NCBI GenBank assembly: GCA_963698225.1
Contig: CAVOPW010000018.1
Span: 8,972 to 72,971 of the forward strand
DNA length: 64,000 bases
Direction of reading: 5' to 3'
Origin: an uncultured bacterium
GTDB lineage: Bacteria > Zixibacteria > MSB-5A5 > CAIYYT01
Made by a program: the position numbers and the translations under genes. A model generated the notes under the pieces. The model ran no database searches, was not told where the DNA came from, and saw only the letters and a list, made by a program, of their open reading frames with translations. Positions 61,379 to 64,000 of the stretch are shown here, in pieces (positions within the stretch are counted from its first letter, which is position 1; the number at the start of each line of letters is the position of its first letter).

Positions 61379-61600
61379 CTAGCGGTCGCGGTAGATGATG
61401 CGGCCCTTGGTGAGGTCGTAAGGCGAGAGTTCCACGCGGACTCGGTCGCCGGGGACGATGCGGATGAAGTTCTTGCGGATCTTGCCGGCCACATGAGCCA
61501 GCACTTCGTTACCCGTGTCCAACTGGACGCGAAATCGTGTATTGGCAAGGGCTTGCGTCACCGTGCCCTCGACCTCAAAGGCTTCTTCTTTCTTCGCCAT
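61379..61600 (-). CDS. infA: Translation initiation factor IF-1
   Basis: [25 protein letters not shown]...[34 protein letters not shown]. Confidence 0.98.
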   Translation of the reverse strand: MAKKEEAFEVEGTVTQALANTRFRVQLDTGNEVLAHVAGKIRKNFIRIVPGDRVRVELSPYDLTKGRIIYRDR

Positions 61601-61824
61601 ACAAAGCTCCTGACCGTGGGACAGTCACTCACGTCTCCACCGTCGCCGTTGGAGCGCCGGCACTGCCGGAACAAATATAATCGCCGCGATTCGCGGATTG
61701 CTAGCAGAGGAATGCCAAAAGCCGCCGTTCGCCGGGCCGTGGATCGGGACCGATCGCAGGGCAAACCGCGGTCGTGGGACGTTAAATATACCGCAAGCGG
61801 GCGAGCTTTGGGAAGTGCGGTTGT

Positions 61825-62694
61825 CTACGGTGGGTGCTTTTGGCCGGGAGTTCCCCCGGAACGGGCGGTCAGCAGTACTAGCACCGACTTGGCATCCGAA
61901 GCTGCCGCTTGCCGCTGTCCGGCGAGAATCAAGGTATCCCCGGATCGCAGTTCAACTTGTGTCTTGAGTCCCAGCGAGCGGTCGGCGGTGCCGGCGTCCT
62001 TGTCGCGGGCGTTTTCGTCCGTTCGCGACCTGAATACGGAAATCGATGTCCAGCCGTAATCGGCCCCCGTCGATCATCCGCGGAGTACACTCGAATCGCA
62101 TTCCGCAGCCGCGAGCCTGGCGGAACCGTTGCGGGATCTTGGCCGATTTCGACCGTTGCGGGCTGGCCGCTGATCGTCCTCAGCTTGGGTCGGGACAGCA
62201 CCTGAGCCAATCCGTCCTTGCACAGCAGCTCGATGAACTCCGAGATCTGGCCGTCCTGGTCCAGGATGGCCGGAGCCTCGTCCGATTCAAACAGATTTCG
62301 TAAACTCACCAGACTCAAGCCCGACTGCTGAAGCTTGGCCCAGGAGAACTCGATCAGCTTCAATTGGACGACAATCTGATCGGCGGTGGCCGGCTGCTCC
62401 GCGGCCGGTGACGTCTGTAGTCGAGCGATCTCAAGCTCCAACTGCCGGATCTGCTCCCGCCGGGCGTCGACCAGACGCTGCCGGTTCGCCTCGGCCTCGG
62501 CCCCCACCAGAGCGTAGATGTCGGCGGCCAGATCCTTTCGCCCGGCCTGTTCCAGGTGCGCCGGCAGCCTGCAGCAGGTGGTCGAATCTTGAGGTGTTTC
62601 CGTCCACGTCCTCCGCTTGCGCCGGGACTGCCAGCCCGAGGGAAGCGATCAGAAGCATCACCAAACTCAATGAATTCTTTCCATGCCACGGTCA
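61825..62694 (-). CDS. Small secreted protein with a partial secretin (CpaC/GspD-like) domain (frameshifted)
   Basis: Signal peptide; QIVVQLKLIEFS; AQVLSRPKLRTISGQPATVEIG; final frame TQVELRSGDTLILAG...VLVLLTA. Confidence 0.65.
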
Positions 62695-63275
62695 CGCACA
62701 ACCTCCATGCCGGAGAAAGAGTCACACCACGCTTACGCGTGCTTATACCAAATCCCGCAGTTTCACGACAACGCCGAAATTCCTTCCTGGACGCGGCATG
62801 CGTTCGTGAGCCATGGCGTTGCCGAACAGCCGACCGGCAAGACGATCGGCCTGAGCTTCGCCGTGCCCGTCGCGAGGTTGAATCCGCTGAACGCGACTCT
62901 AGCTTTTCGGTCTTGCAGCTCGCGACTAACCAGCCACACGTTTGCTGCTCGGCTCGCGCCCGCATCGTCTCATACAACGGCTGCACTGCTCGCATCAGGA
63001 ACGGCCGAGGCCGCGGCACGCCGCAAGATTTCGTGGAAACCGGGTTTCTTCCGTCGCTTGTGGCGGGTATGGTAGAGGCCTGACGGGCGGGCAATGCGGC
63101 CTTGCGAGCCATACCTTGAGTCGGGTGCGGCGACGTGCGAGCCTCACCGATGGCCTGCCACGCCAGAGATTTGGCCGGTCCCTTGCCTCGATCACGCCTG
63201 CAACAGTCGTTCGCATGTTTTCGCAACGGGCTTTCGAGTTATCGAGTCGACTGGGTCGGCCAGGAGCCGCGAATC

Positions 63276-64000
63276 ATGTTCAGCGTCGTCATCCCAGTTT
63301 ACAACGAAGCGGAAAGCCTCGGCGAGTTGCACGGCGAGTTGGCCGACGTTGCGCGCGAGCAGCAGTACGACATGGAACTGGTCTTCGTCGACGACGGCTC
63401 GACGCGACGACGTCGTGGGCGGAGATCGAGCGGTTGGCCGGCCAGGATCCGCGGGTCCAGGGCGTTCGTTTCCGCCGCAATTTCGGCAAAGCCGCGGCGC
63501 TCAGCGCCGGGTTTGCAGCGGCTCGCGGCGAGATCGTCTTTACGTTGGACGCCGACTTGCAGGACGATCCGCGCGAACTGCCGCGATTCTTGGAGCAGAT
63601 GGACACGGGCCTGGACGTCGTCAGCGGCTGGAAGCAGGTCCGCCACGATCCCTGGCACAAAGTCGGGCCGTCGCGCGTGTTCAACTGGCTGGTCGGCTGG
63701 CTGACGGGCGTTCGGCTTGCACGACCACAACTGCGGATTCAAGTGCTACCGCCGCGAGATTTTTGACGAGATCCGGCTGTACGGCGAACTGCACCGCTTC
63801 GTGCCCGTGTTGGCGGCGGCCCGCGGCTGGCAGGTCGGCGAAATCGCCGTCCATCATCGGCCGCGGAAATTCGGCCACTCCAAATACGGCGTGCGGCGGT
63901 TCGTGAAAGGCTTTCTGGATCTGCTGACCGTCTATTTCCTGACGGGCTACAGCCAACGGCCTCAGCACTTGCTCGGCACGCTGGGGTTGTTCAGTTTCCT
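63276..64000 (+). CDS. Glycosyltransferase family 2 (ArnC/DPM-synthase-like); runs off the window, frameshifted
   Basis: [50 protein letters not shown] and YGELHRFVP. Confidence 0.93.

Noticed and set aside
62695-63275. Gene in the spacer between the secretin-like gene and the GT2
   Set aside because: Overlapping ORFs on both strands lack recognisable motifs or starts; cannot support a call.

Overview
This window is not one genome. It reads as three joined pieces. (1) 1..~27162 is GC-rich Planctomycetota DNA (Pirellulales-like, inferred). It holds a GH127-family C-terminus, a C69 dipeptidase, tRNA-Glu, a secreted Cys/Val/Thr-rich repeat protein, a PknB-like kinase, larE, a Rho_N/DUF4912 protein, a complete F1Fo atp operon, an FHA protein, a YfhO-like membrane protein, cysE and the 3' part of an EF-G paralogue, plus several REP-like palindromes. 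(2) ~27163..~59350 is lower-GC methanogen DNA (Methanomicrobiales, Methanoregula-like, inferred). It holds the 5' part of cca, thpR, a glutaredoxin and nrdD, an HSR1/Phr-like regulator with an Hsp20-like gene, a KTSC protein, purH, grpE-dnaK-dnaJ, trm11, 5-formyl-THF cyclo-ligase with an ftr paralogue, a ~16.2-kb TPR gene containing four 816-bp tandem units, a MITE-like repeat family and an IS1595 remnant. (3) ~59350..64000 is Planctomycetota DNA again: a secreted hypothetical, infA, a small secretin-domain protein and a GT2. The first junction fuses archaeal cca in frame to bacterial EF-G, and the third piece does not resume EF-G, so an assembly or read chimera is the best explanation. Single-base indels break many essential genes in all three pieces and look like long-read error, so gene models are reconstructed across frames. 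Best biological leads: an ftr paralogue coupled to 5-formyl-THF cyclo-ligase (possible methanofuran-to-folate formyl shunt), an NrdD lacking its glycyl-radical tail, a pseudo-symmetric giant beta-hairpin secreted protein, and the giant TPR gene with recent internal amplification.
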